DNA from: Nemertoderma westbladi
Taxonomy: Eukaryota > Animalia > Xenacoelomorpha
Assembly: GCA_032718475.1 (NCBI GenBank)
Contig: JAUCBJ010005915.1
Span: forward strand, 1-61,868
Direction of reading: 5' to 3'
DNA length: 61,868 bases
Of this stretch, positions 13,301 to 25,026 are shown piece after piece (position 1 is the stretch's first letter; each line of letters starts with the position of its first letter). The position numbers and the translations under genes are program-made. The notes under the pieces were generated by a model, which was not told the origin of the DNA, did not search any database, and worked only from the letters and a program-made list of their open reading frames with translations.

Positions 13301-13675
13301 TTGCGTTTAAGAAATATATTTAAATACAAAACAGGACGAACGCAAAGAGGCTTATAATGAATACGAGTACTGCGTTTATTATATTCCTATAAACCACCTG
13401 GCTTTGCATATTTAACGTGCGATTGGAAATAAGTTCGTGCTACCCTTCCGTGGGTGGTAGATGTCGCGGTTATGTATTGGTGGTTGGGAAGGGTGGGGGG
13501 GGGGGGGGGGGGGGGAGATTAAAAGGGGTGAACACGTACTGTCCACCTTTCTTTGATTGATTGGTGGTGTGGGTAAATTTCTCAAAACCTGATTTTGTGA
13601 TACAGTCGCTGCATTTTAATTTGTATATAATAACTAGGCCTCGTGCTGCGCGAAGTCCCCACGAACGTGTTCACT
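10381..13675 (+). mobile_element. Head-to-tail dimer of a Helentron/HINE-like non-autonomous element
   Basis: 5' gtggggc and 3' gccccac sub-terminal inverted motif, (ctgtcgtt)n near the 5' end, internal subrepeats of about 125 bp. 10497-12180 is duplicated as 12177-13675, and a 58-bp 5' segment is duplicated. The family assignment is inferred from architecture. Confidence 0.65.
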
Positions 13676-14508
13676 GTACATCGCAAAAGTGCGGTAAAAA
13701 CGTGGCAAAAAAATAGAGTTACGAAATTGTCCTTTTGTACCCAGGATTAGATTATGGCTACTCCATGTTTCGACAATAATTCTAGTCCGGGCAGATTGTT
13801 AGTACAAAATCTGAACTTTTTTATAAAAGTCCCATAAAGTCTTTTCTATAAAATTTCCAACTTCGTTTTAATTAGAACACCTAGGCTAACTATAAGGACA
13901 CTTTTCGGACTCTTTTCATTTTACAAATATGTGCTTCTCTTTATCTCGTTTTCTGTCTTTCTTCCGTTTATATATACTGTATATGCGTATATAATTTTAT
14001 ATAATCTATCAAAATTAACCCCCCCCCCCCCCCCCCCCCCACCTATTTATTAGCAAATAAACCAGCTTTATACACATTTTTATTTATCCCGTTTAATATA
14101 ATATTATTTGATTACCCCATATTAAAATATACCTGTGTGTATATATTTCTAGTATAGTAAAACTATATCATTCTAAAACAATATAATCTAACTATATATA
14201 TATTTCTAATACATATTTCTGTAAGGTGACCGGCGTAATGGGCCTTCCCTGTTCTGTCTACATTCATGATCATAACGGTGTGTTTGTAGTAAATCATATA
14301 TATTAAACAATTAACAATTAATTTCATTGTAGCTCTCAATATTATGTTGTGAATCGAAACGTACATGTATATCCTTGCATAATGAGCTATCGTTGAATAA
14401 TAATTGTGCCATGTAATAAATTTGTGCCATGTTTTGATGCAATCCAACCCCCTAATCGAGCCTTTTGAGTTCGGTTCACGTAAGTTCACCTATTTTATTA
14501 TTTTGTAG

Positions 14509-14576
14509 ACATGGAGAAGGCAGCTGAAAATGTTCGAAGATTGTCAATGTTACCGCCAAAAATTGAGGAAATTAAG
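14509..14576 (+). CDS. ATP2B: PMCA small exon, first cytosolic loop (NMEKAAENVRRLSMLPPKIEEIK)
   Basis: ttttgtag acceptor and AAG|GTGAGG donor. 68 nt, phase 1 to 0, which is exactly what is needed to bridge the flanking exons. Homology itself is weak. Confidence 0.75.
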
Positions 14577-14936
14577 GTGAGGAGGGAATATGTAAAAGCC
14601 GTTAGCGAGTTATTAGTTAACGTAAAGTTAAATCTTGGTCATTATACCATAATATTTTAAAACTTTGTTAACAAACGTTTAGTTAATTTGTTATGGAATT
14701 GGGTATGAAGATAGTTCTACTCCATTTCTTACTGCTGGGATTGGCCTTGTTAAATTTTCAAATTATTTCGCAACAACAAACCATTCAATTGATTTAGCAC
14801 TAATTAATCACTCCCATATACTTCCATAGGCTTTATTTTTCGTATATGATATTTTCACATTGTTTCTTCGTAGTGGCATAGCGAATAAATTATAATAACG
14901 TTGTGAATTCAACTTAACCACCGTTCGCTTTTATAG

Positions 14937-15063
14937 AAAGAGCCCTCGACGTCTGAAGACGAGGAACATAGTGCCCAAGATCATTCTGCTGAATCATCTG
15001 GGGGAGACCGATCGGTACTACAAGGCAAACTCACTAAACTCGCAATTAGAATTGGATATGGCG
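14937..15063 (+). CDS. ATP2B: PMCA exon (KEPSTSEDEE...DRSVLQGKLTKLAIRIGYG)
   Basis: ttttatag acceptor, GTAAGT donor. Contains the SVLQGKLTKLA PMCA signature. Confidence 0.93.
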
Positions 15064-15564
15064 GTAAGTAAAAGTAAAGGAGGAATTAATAGGGAAGGGG
15101 GTGTGGTGTGATTGGTTACACAAAAAAGTGTACTTTTTAGTGTATTTTTTTAATTCTTTTCATTTATGGGAAAGTAGTTGGATACAGTATTTGGTCCCGT
15201 TTTCCCTTTTAATTAATAAGAAATAATTAGCCAACTATTATTTATTTAATAGACAAGATTCGAAGTTTTTCATCACCATTCGTTTATAATGTTCCAATAA
15301 TAAATTATGGGTTTGATGTGATCGGGGCATCTTTACTTTAATCATTCGAGTATCAAACACTGATGCACTCAGCCATGGGATACTAATTTAGTTTAGGAAT
15401 AAAATACTTTTAGCCTTCCATGGTTCAGCAGACTGAAACTGTTACTTTACTATTCCAAAAGTTGACGTAAATTAACTTTACGTAACTCCGTATCGGAAAC
15501 TTATTGACAGCGAGTTATTGTCTGAAACTTCTTTAAACATAGTCATAATACATCATGGCTATCA

Positions 15565-15640
15565 TCATATTATCAACCCTCAATGGATGAAAGGCTGAGT
15601 GGACCCTGACGGGGCTCGAACCTTCAACCATTAAATTGAA
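15565..15640 (-). mobile_element. tRNA-derived SINE fragment with Meta-like core
   Basis: The - strand reads ggttcgagccc (B box) followed by actcagcctttcatcc…gggttgataa, which resembles the conserved SINE core ACTCAGCCTTTCATCCTTCCGAGGTCGATAA. Confidence 0.5.
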
Positions 15641-15703
15641 AGTCAAGTCGTAGTACTTAGGAATTAAGACGATTGACTGATTCTTTATTTCTTTCTTTTT
15701 CAG

Positions 15704-15909
15704 GTTTTTTAATGGGAATCTTGACGTTCACGATAATGATTGTCAAATATTCAATAAATAAGTTCGCGATCGATGGTAAAGCATTCAACACCAGCGAGGA
15801 CTTCGGGAGATTCGTTAGTTTTTTCATTATGGGCGTAACCGTAATCGTAGTTGCTGTTCCTGAAGGTCTACCATTGGCTGTTACCATCTCGCTTGCCTAT
15901 TCCGTAAAG
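15704..15909 (+). CDS. ATP2B: PMCA exon, TM3-TM4 (VAVPEGLPLAVTISLAYSVK)
   Basis: ttttcag acceptor, AAG|GTTGGT donor. PEGL Ca2+-binding motif. Confidence 0.96.
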
Positions 15910-16824
15910 GTTGGTTTTATATTCTGGGATAATTTTTAATAATATTATATTAAGTCTATAATTAATTAGTCTCACCTTATTAAGTTATACAGAATGAAGG
16001 ATATTCATTCAATAATAATATCGTTATCTTTAAAAACCGAATTAATGATGCAAACACCAAAAGTGTTCAGTGAGTTTTAGGAGCTTAGCCTAATTTAGGT
16101 AAATTAAAAACATTAAGGAAAATGGGCATGTTACTTTGCAGATGTTTTCTAACCAAAACAATAAACGAAAAATTGTTTCACCTAGATTTAAATTTTCGCT
16201 TGCAGTCAATGTGCGTGCGGTGCGGCACTAACAACCAATGGTTTTTAAATTAACTAAAGGTTTTTAATAAATACCATATTAATAGCTGTAACATTACCTA
16301 CTATAGATATCTAATTGTAGGTCATGGCTGTAAACAGCGATTCAATGCAAAGCACCGGTAGTACAGTTGTCAAAATATGGAAGTTGGGTCAGGAAGTTTC
16401 GGGTTCGAATCCCAATAGAGTTATTTAGGGAAACTATAAAATTATAACTCTACATTTATTAAAAACTAAGGGTTTATAGTAAAAAGCAACGGTTTATGCT
16501 AAAAAGAAAATAATAATGTGGTTTGAACATTTTTTTTAGTCTTTTAAAATAAATAAACCTTTGGTCTAATTGGTGAATTTTTAACTATAGGTTATTTTCG
16601 AAACAAGTAGTTAATTATAATTAAAATAACTATTGGTTTTCGAAAATAATCAAGAGGAAAAAATCCACCAAATAAACTAAATAGTTTTTTTCCTAAAACT
16701 GTTGGTTTTTTGGAAATAACAAAAAGTAGAGAGTAGCAGTGCTTAAATCCGTTGTTTTTAATTAACTTCACATCTAACCCATCTGATCACGTGTGTTCGC
16801 ACCCACCATGGGGACCAAGGAAGT

Positions 16825-16955
16825 TTTCGATTCGGCACGAATGCTTTTAAGAGACTTGCCAGTCTCCCTTACATCCTTAAGTGCTCTCAAAATGAGTATC
16901 AGTTTCCTCTGGGGCGTAGATCTGGGGGGGACCGCACTGGTAATTTTGTAATAAA
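16825..16955 (+). mobile_element. SINE family A fragment
   Basis: catccttaa…gagta…tttcctctgggg…gggaccgcactgg, shared with 17875-18070(-) and 31850-33610. Confidence 0.6.
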
Positions 16956-17083
16956 ATGTCCTGATTCAATTTTTTTTGTAGTTTATGGGGTGTAACACTC
17001 TTGTTTGTTTACTTTTACTTTTAATTTAATATACATAACAACCCCCTGTTTAGTCAGTCTCAGTATGTCGTTACATTCTATTA

Positions 17084-17799
17084 CACTGAAATAAGTAAGT
17101 GGTGGTATTTTGTTAAAAAACTGCCGGTTTGCAAGAACTACCTCGGGGTTGTTTTGCAACGAAAACCACCGCAGGTTGTTTCTACAAACCGGCGGTAAAT
17201 AAACATTGCCAAGAACTGGCAGTTGTGCAAACCGGGGGTTGATTATCTCTCGTAAAACCGGCGGTTCCATAACCCCCAGTTGTTTAGAGCTTAATAATGC
17301 GTTGTAAAACCTCTGGTATTTTTTATCGCAAGGAACTGCCGGTTTCTGTAACCTGTTCTGGTTAACGCAAATTCACGGTCGAATATTTAATCGGAATTTA
17401 TTAACCTATGGTTATGGTTTACTGCTGGGTAACTGGCGTTTCAACTATTTAAAACTGCCGGTTTTCTCATAAAACCACAGTTAAAACGGCAACCAAATAA
17501 ACAAGTTTTTTACGAAACCGCCGTTTAATTAACAGTCAAATAGCGGTTTTATTTGAGAAAACTGGTGGTAATTTTAATAAACTGAAGCTTTAATTTATTT
17601 ATAACCTATGGTTATAAAAGAAAAACCCACGGTTAAAACATACTAACCTGTGTGGTTATAAAGAGCAAAAAAACTTATAAACCTAGTATTTATTTACTTA
17701 TAAGTAAGTTTACTTTTTTTTCTGTAGTTTTGCTGAGTTTACAGAAGTTCAGTTATTTTTTACTGTACTAATGTTTAAGTTTACTTTTTTTGTACAGTG
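17084..17799. mobile_element. CACTG…CAGTG element rich in aaacc/ggttt motifs (CMC/EnSpm-like, degenerate)
   Basis: cactgaaa start, tacagtg end, internal motifs shared with 24619-27435. No clean TSD. Confidence 0.4.
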
Positions 17800-17874
17800 C
17801 AGATTTAAAGGCATACATTATTGTTATTAAATACAAAAAAATTTAAGAATATTTATCTCCGGCGGTTAGGCCTG

Positions 17875-18070
17875 GGATTACTTACAAAGTCTGAAGATTT
17901 TATTTCCAGTGCGGTCCCCCATGAACTATACTCCCCAGAGGAAACACCAGTACTCAATTAATTAGCTACCGTTTAAGGATGCGATGCAGATATGCGCCCT
18001 GGCTAGTCCCTTTAAGCGTTCGTGGCGAAACGGAAGCCCGTCGGGATCGAACCCATGACCTCCGGATGGA
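17875..18070 (-). mobile_element. tRNA-derived SINE family A
   Basis: The - strand has the B box gggttcgatccc followed by a body shared with the other copies. Confidence 0.65.
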
Positions 18071-18200
18071 TATGAACTCAACGAGATCATTAAGTGTTGA
18101 AATTATTTATTACCCCATTGGTATATAAAATACGTTACATTTTAATATATTTTTTATTTACATGACTTTATTAAGTTTCCGTTTTTCCCTATTTATTTAG

Positions 18201-18476
18201 CAAATGATGTACGAGAATAATTTAGTGCGCCATCTCGACGCCTGCGAAACGATGGGCAACGCGACCACCATCTGCTCCGACAAGACGGGGACATTGACCA
18301 CCAATCAGATGACAGTTACTCAGGTCTACTGCTGCAACGAGACCTTTACCGTTCACTCTCTCCTCAGTGAAGATGCCGACAGTAATCTCCACCTGAAGAA
18401 GGGTATACCGCAGCACGTTTTGGACCTGTATGGCGAAGCTGTTTCTTTCAACAGCTCAGAGGATAGCAAAATCTTT
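18201..18476 (+). CDS. ATP2B: PMCA exon with phosphorylation site ([22 protein letters not shown])
   Basis: tttag acceptor, GTGAGT donor at 18477. DKTGT motif. Confidence 0.96.
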
Positions 18477-18534
18477 GTGAGTGTCGCATTCATTTTATGG
18501 CATACCGTTATGTCCATATTTAGACATATGAAGC

Positions 18535-18941
18535 TAGTGTTTAAGCGGGATCCCGATCCCAATCCCGAAAAACCGAGATCCCGGCGAAAAATGCAATCCC
18601 GGTCCCGATCCCCACTTTTTGTGGACCGGGATCCCGAAGTAAGTAAGTTTGTTGAATATCTGATAAATAGTTCCAGCAGAACGGAAATGTTTTGATTTCA
18701 TATAATTTATATTTCAGTAAACCATCCTTTAATCAATTGCAAAATAATTTTAATATAACTTTATCTTTTACTAATATTTCAGAAGTGTAAAATAAAGTGA
18801 GTGTTACTCAAAACCCATCACATATACTATTAACGTTAAGGAATTTAATATACAAAATTGCAATCCCGATCACGAACAACGGGATCCGGAGAATGATAAT
18901 CCCGGAATTCCCGAAAAGTCTGATCCCGTTTAAAAAAACTA
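18535..18941. mobile_element. hAT-like MITE (TAG…CTA, atcccg subterminal repeats), copy 1
   Basis: TIR tagtgtttaagcgggatc / gatcccgtttaaa…cta. Degenerate 8-bp TSD tatgaagc/aatgaacc. Second copy at 46487. Confidence 0.75.
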
Positions 18942-19047
18942 AATGAACCTTCCATACTTATATTGGTTTAAGTGAATATTTAGGCAGTCCTTGGGATATG
19001 GGCGTAATAGTCTATAGAGATAATTGGGAGTATTGCGACCTTTATAG

Positions 19048-19260
19048 GTTAACCGGGAGAATGTGAAAAAGAATCCGAAAGAAGTGGTGATTAATGTCGA
19101 CAAAAATAACCAAACTGCTTCCTCTAAACCCGACGAGGATGTCAAGAAAGGCGTTATCCAGAAAGGTAACAAGACCGAGTGCGCTCTCCTTGGTCTGGCC
19201 TACGCCATCAATCACGATTATTTGGAAACCAGGAAACAAAAACCGTCCAGACACATAAAA
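19048..19260 (+). CDS. ATP2B: PMCA exon, N-domain (…QKGNKTECALLG…)
   Basis: tttatag acceptor, GTAAGT donor. 213 nt, phase 0-0. Confidence 0.9.
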
Positions 19261-19471
19261 GTAAGTCAGATCACATAATATTCTTCATCTATAATTGATA
19301 AAATAATTCACGTCGGCTGGTTTTTCATTTGAGTTTAAAAGAAGTTCCATTTCCTATATGTGATACGGATGTAGTTATCTATGCCCCTATAACGTATGCC
19401 GGAACAGTATAACCTCAGATGGACTGGGATATTAATTAAAATATCTTATATTTATTTTTTCTTCATTTCAG

Positions 19472-19678
19472 ACATTTCCTTTCAACTCTAAGATTAAGTG
19501 CATGGGCACCGTGGTCACAGTCGACACGCCAGATGGACTGAAATATCGGTTGTTCGTGAAGGGCGCCTCTGAGATAGTGTTGGCTGCGTGTTCTAAAGTA
19601 ATGAAAGCCGTGAATAACCAGGCAATGCCGCCTACCACAAAGGAAATTAAATTCACTTCCTCGGAGAAGGATAGAGTG
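19472..19678 (+). CDS. ATP2B: PMCA exon, N-domain (TFPFNSKIKCMG…VKGASEIVL)
   Basis: tttcag acceptor, GTAAGT donor. KGASE nucleotide-binding motif. Confidence 0.94.
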
Positions 19679-20029
19679 GTAAGTTAAATGCAATAAAGAA
19701 TTAATTAGTAATTAAGAATTATATTATTATAGTTATTTTATTCTATTTTATTACAATTTTTAGCTTAAATGCCAACAATTCCCTCCACTAGACCTATTTT
19801 GTATTTAATTTTATTTATAAATGTTTGTGTGTAATTAAATTAAATTTTATCAATATTATGCCCGTTGGGTAATAAACAAGTCATCAGCGATCAATTAAAT
19901 AAATAAATAATTATATTAAAGAAATATTTTGTACTAACGACACAGCAACTCAATGGATAGTTTAGCTCTCGCTACCTTACGGTCTTTCTATTATTGCTTC
20001 CACCATCACTCCGATGTAATCGTTTCGTC

Positions 20030-20252
20030 GACAACAGACAACCGATAGCAGACAACCGACAGCAGACAGTAGACAACCGATAGCAGACAGCCGACAGCAA
20101 ACAAACGACAGAGGCAACCGACAGAAGGCAACCGACAACAAACATCCCACAGCTGACATCCTAACGCAGCCAACCGAACGCAGACAACCGACAACCCACA
20201 GCAGACAACCTACTGTAGACAACGGATAATAACAAACAGCCGACAGCAAACA
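20030..20252. repeat. Degenerate 7/14-bp tandem repeat (acagcagacaaccg)n
   Basis: Directly visible in the sequence. Confidence 0.85.
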
Positions 20253-22084
20253 ATTTTATAGCATTATAAAAATTACTTTTTTAATTGATCTATTGAACTT
20301 CGCCTCAACTCAATGATTTGGAGACCGTGCTGCAAATGCCGGGATTTCTGCCCTATTTCTCTCACTTTCAGTTATTCCCAGACCGCTTACCACCAGACTG
20401 AATAATGGCCATTAATTTAGCCAGCTTACCCGATAATATTTTCGGCGCAGGCAAATATTAAAGAATGGGCCTAAGGCCCTACTGGCTATGCATCAGTGTA
20501 CACTTCCAATAATATATTGAAAGTACAAATTTCTTGAAATCACTAGCTGCCTATAGCACAGCATAAAAGCTATGTTGACCCAAAATGTGTAATAACTACG
20601 CAAAGGGCTGCAATTAGTGTCGTTGAACCATATTTGAGATATATATCGCCTTTTTAACCCGCGTGTTTTGAAATCTGCACTCGAGGGTATTTAGATTCAC
20701 ATGCCAAACAACACAGATTTTCGAAATCGCTACCACCCGCCCCTTTGCGGTCTTTTGTAATACATTCTCCGTCTTTCCCTTCCAGTCAATCACGTTTCAC
20801 GTAGTTTCCGTATCTTTAAGTTTCCATTATTTCCTTTTACTCCGACCAACTTACCCTATCTTTACAAGGACGGGTTGCACTTAACTGCCCGAACTTAATT
20901 GCTTCGCAGCTTTGTGCATTCGGTTTACGTCTAGTTCCACTATTTACTGTGCCATGGCTGATCCTTAATATCCAACATTTAAACGATGGAATTAATGTGC
21001 TTAGGGTGGGTCCTCTCCGGAATGCTAATTTAGTATATTTTATATATTATAGCAGATATTTACTAAAATTATTGTAGGGCAGGCCAATTCTTTCCTAAAG
21101 CGGACTTCGTATGATGCTTGCTTGCTACGATTTATTTATTTCATTTTTAAGTATGTGATTCAATTTTAATGACATTAAAGGGGGGAGGGGAGGTACTGAC
21201 TTTTAAAATTTTTTTTCCAAAAACCTGAAAGATCTGTCTTACTTCTCGAGATATGGCTGTCAGTCCGTTTCACTGTCTGTCTGTCCATCAGTATCTCTAC
21301 AAAACAATTGAAAGCATAGTATCTGTCTAAAAAAATTAATTTCTGATGTCAGTATTCAAATTTGACCTCGTCGTTTCTGTCTGGAGGCCTGTCAGTCTGT
21401 CCGTCAAAATATAACCGACAGTCAAACAGATAATTTGGTAGTCATATAATGTTAAAACTGATACTCTAAATGAATTATGTGACCAGGAAACCCCTAGGTA
21501 CATTTTTACCTAGATGGTGTTCCCTTTTCTTAAATTTGACGGACAGATTGTCGGATAGTCAGAAAGACCGAAAGAGAGACGTACAAACTAACTAGATTTC
21601 ATTAAATGTGAAAACTGATCTCAGAAATGAAATCAGCACCAGGACAACCCCCATACCAAAAATCTTAGCATGGTTTTGTGCTTTGATAGACATTCTCACA
21701 TATCAACAGACAGTTTTTGTTCGAAAAGGTTCAAACTTTAAAGGTAATTATCACGGAATGGCATTTTTTAATTTTCAAATCACTACTCCTCCTACATATT
21801 GAACCAATTTGTTTTTTGGTATCAATTTAAATCTATTAGTGTGGGCAATAATAAAATTCGAGCAGTTTTTTTTAGTTTTACAATTATTGTTCATCTATTA
21901 TAACATTTTTTATTCCAAAATTGTAACATTACTCAACGCCGTTAGTATTAACAGCGAATTGTTATTTAGCACTTTACAACTTTAGAGGACATTACAGCAT
22001 TGTATTGGCCTGTACATTTAGTATTGTATTTGGTGTTATTGTTTACGTGGTAACCCATGACGGCGTTAAGTAATGTCCACTAAG

Positions 22085-24600
22085 AGGGAGACGGAGTGGG
22101 AAGTACAGGAGGATCTGTGGAGGGTGTGGGATACTGAGTGGGAAGTACAGGAGGATCTGTGGAGGTGTGGGAGACGGAGTGGGAAGTACAGGAGGATCTG
22201 TGGAGGGTGTGGGAGACGGAGTGGGAAGTACAGGAGGATCTGTGGAGGGTGTGGGAGACAGGGTGAGAAGTACAGGAGGATCTGTGGAGGGTGTGGGAGA
22301 CAGGGTGAGAAGTACAGGGGGGTCTGTGGAGGGTGTGGGAGACGGAGTGGGAAGTACAGGAGGATCTGTGGAGGGTGTGGGAGACAGGGTGAGAAATACA
22401 GGGGGGTCTGTGGAGGGTGTGGGAGACGGAGTGGGAAGTACAGGAGGATCTGTAGAGGGTGTGGGATACGGAGTGGGAAGTACAGGAGGATATGTGGTGG
22501 CGTGGGATACGGAGTGGGAAGTACAGGAGGATCTGTGGAGGGTGTGGGATACGGAGTGGGAAGTACAGGAGGATATGTGGTGGCGTGGGATACGGAGTGG
22601 GAAGTACAGGAGGATCTGTGGAGGGTGTGGGAGACAGAGTGGGAAGTACAGGAGGATCTGTGGAGGGTGTGGGAGACGGAGTGGGAAGTACAGGAGGATC
22701 TGTGGAGGGTGTGGGAGACAGGGTGAGAAGTACAGGAGGATCTGTGGAGGGTGTGGGAGACAGGGTGAGAAGTACAGGGGGGTCTGTGGAGGGTGTGGGA
22801 GACGGAGTAGGAAGTACAGGAGGATCTGTGGAGGGTGTGGGAGACAGGGTGAGAAATACAGGGGAGTCTGTGGAGGGTGTGGGAGACGGAGTGGGAAGTA
22901 CAGGAGGATCTGTGGAGGGTGTGGGATACGGAGTGGGAAGTACAGGAGGATCTGTGGAGGGTGTGGGATACGGAGTGGGAAGTACAGGAGGATCTGTGGA
23001 GGGTGTGGGAGACAGGGTGAGAAGTACAGGAGGATCTGTGGAGGGTGTGGGAGACAGGGTGAGAAGTACAGGGGGGTCTGTGGAGGGTGTGGGAGACGGA
23101 GTGGGAAGTACAGGAGGATCTGTGGAGTGTGTGGGAGACAGGGTGAGAAGTACAGGAGGATCTGTGGAGGGTGTGGGAGACAGGGTGAGAAGTACAGGGG
23201 GGTCTGTGGAGGGTGTGGGAGACGGAGTGGGAAGTACAGGAGGATCTGTGGAGGGTGTGGGAGACAGGGTGAGAAATACAGGGGGGTCTGTGGAGGGTGT
23301 GGGAGACGGAGTGGGAAGTACAGGAGGATCTGTAGAGGGTGTGGGATACGGAGTGGGAAGTACAGGAGGATATGTGGTGGCGTGGGATACGGAGTGGGAA
23401 GTTCAGGAGGATCTGTGGAGGGTGTGGGATACGGAGTGGGAAGTACAGGAGGATATGTGGTGGCGTGGGATACGGAGTGGGAAGTACAGGAGGATCTGTG
23501 GAGGGCGTGGGAGACGGAGTGGGAAGTACAGGAGGATCTGTGGAGGGTGTGGGAGACGGAGTGGGAAGTACAGGAGGATCTGTGGAGGGTGTGGGAGACA
23601 GGGTGAGAAGTACAGGAGGATCTGTGGAGGGTGTGGGAGACAGGGTGAGAAGTACAGGGGGGTCTGTGGAGGGTGTGGGAGACGGAGTAGGAAGTACAGG
23701 AGGATCTGTGGAGGGTGTGGGAGACAGGGTGAGAAATACAGGGGAGTCTGTGGAGGGTGTGGGAGACGGATTGGGAAGTACAGGAGGATATGTGGAGGGT
23801 GTGGGAGACGGATTGGGAAGTACAGGAGGATCTGTGGAGGGTGTGGGAGACGGAGTGGGAAGTACAGGAGGATCTGTGGAGGGTGTGGGAGATAGGGTGA
23901 GAAGTACAGGGGGGTCTGTGGAGGGTGTGGGAGACGGAGTGGGAAGTACAGGAGGATATGTGGAGGGTGTGGGAGACGGATTGGGAAGTACAGGAGGATC
24001 TGTGGAGGGTGTGGGAGACGGAGTGGGAAGTACAGGAGGATCTATGGAGGGTGTGAGATATGGAGTGGGAAGTACAGGGGGATCTGTGGAGGGTGTGGGA
24101 GGCGGAGTGGGAAGTACAGGGGGATCTGTGGAGGGTGTGGAAGACGGATTGGGAAGTGCAGGAGGATCTGTGGAGGATGTGGGATACGGAGTGGGAAGTA
24201 CAGGAGGATCTGTGGAGGGTGTGGGAGACGGAGTGGGAAGTATAGGAGGATCTGTGGAGGGTGTGGGAGACGGAGTGGGAAGTATAGGAGGATCTGTGGA
24301 GGGTGTGGGAGACGGAGTGGGAAGTACAGGAGGATCTATGGAGGGTGTGAGATATGGAGTGGGAAGTACAGGAGGATCTGTGGAGGGTGTGGGAGGCGGA
24401 GTGGGAAGTACAGGGGATCTGTGGAGGATGTGGGATACGGAGTGGGAAGTACAGGAGGATCTGTGGAGGGTGTGGGAGACGGAGTGGGAAGTATAGGAGG
24501 ATCTGTGGAGGGTGTGGGAGACGGAGTGGGAAGTATAGGAGGATCTGTGGAGGGTGTGGGAGACAAGGTGAGAAGTACAGGAGGATCTATGGAGGGTGGA
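22085..24600. repeat. G-rich minisatellite, 42-bp unit, about 60 copies, with higher-order duplication
   Basis: Unit gagggtgtgggagacggagtgggaagtacaggaggatctgtg. The variant tatgtggtggcgtggg recurs at 22491 and 23371 (880 bp apart). Confidence 0.97.
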
Positions 24601-25026
24601 GATGAAACTGATGAACAACACTGAAAAAACAAAACGGGGTTTTTTCAAAAATAAAAGCCGGTTCTCCGAAAATAACCTCGGGTATTTTGGGAAGATTTAA
24701 ACCAAGGTTATTTTCGAAGAACCGGCGTTTTGGTTTGTAATAAAAACCGCGGTTTTCAAGGTTTTTAAACCATGCTATATGTAATGAAAGGTTTCTCAAA
24801 AATGTAGTTTTCTATGGAAAAAAATCCGGTTTTGTAATAACCATAGTTTAGAAATTAAACCATCATTTACGATTATGTCAAAAAATTAAAAAGTGTGATA
24901 TTTTATTAAAAAAACAGGTATAAAACCATAGTTATAATTTAAAACCACTGTTTGGATCGCTGCTCAGTTAGTAAAACAGAGGTTTTATATGAAAAACATC
25001 CTGTTTTCTAAAGATAAACCGACAGT

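Noticed and set aside
16385-16420. tRNA gene (GGTTCGAATCC B box)
   Set aside because: No cloverleaf or A box found. It is probably a SINE remnant.
18477-18695. ORF-track extension after the DKTGT exon
   Set aside because: Read-through past the GTGAGT donor into intron and MITE sequence.
22066-24648. 860-aa Pro/Thr/Ser-rich ORF and overlapping 217-479-aa ORFs
   Set aside because: They are translations of a 42-bp minisatellite that is open in several frames on both strands, with no unique domain.
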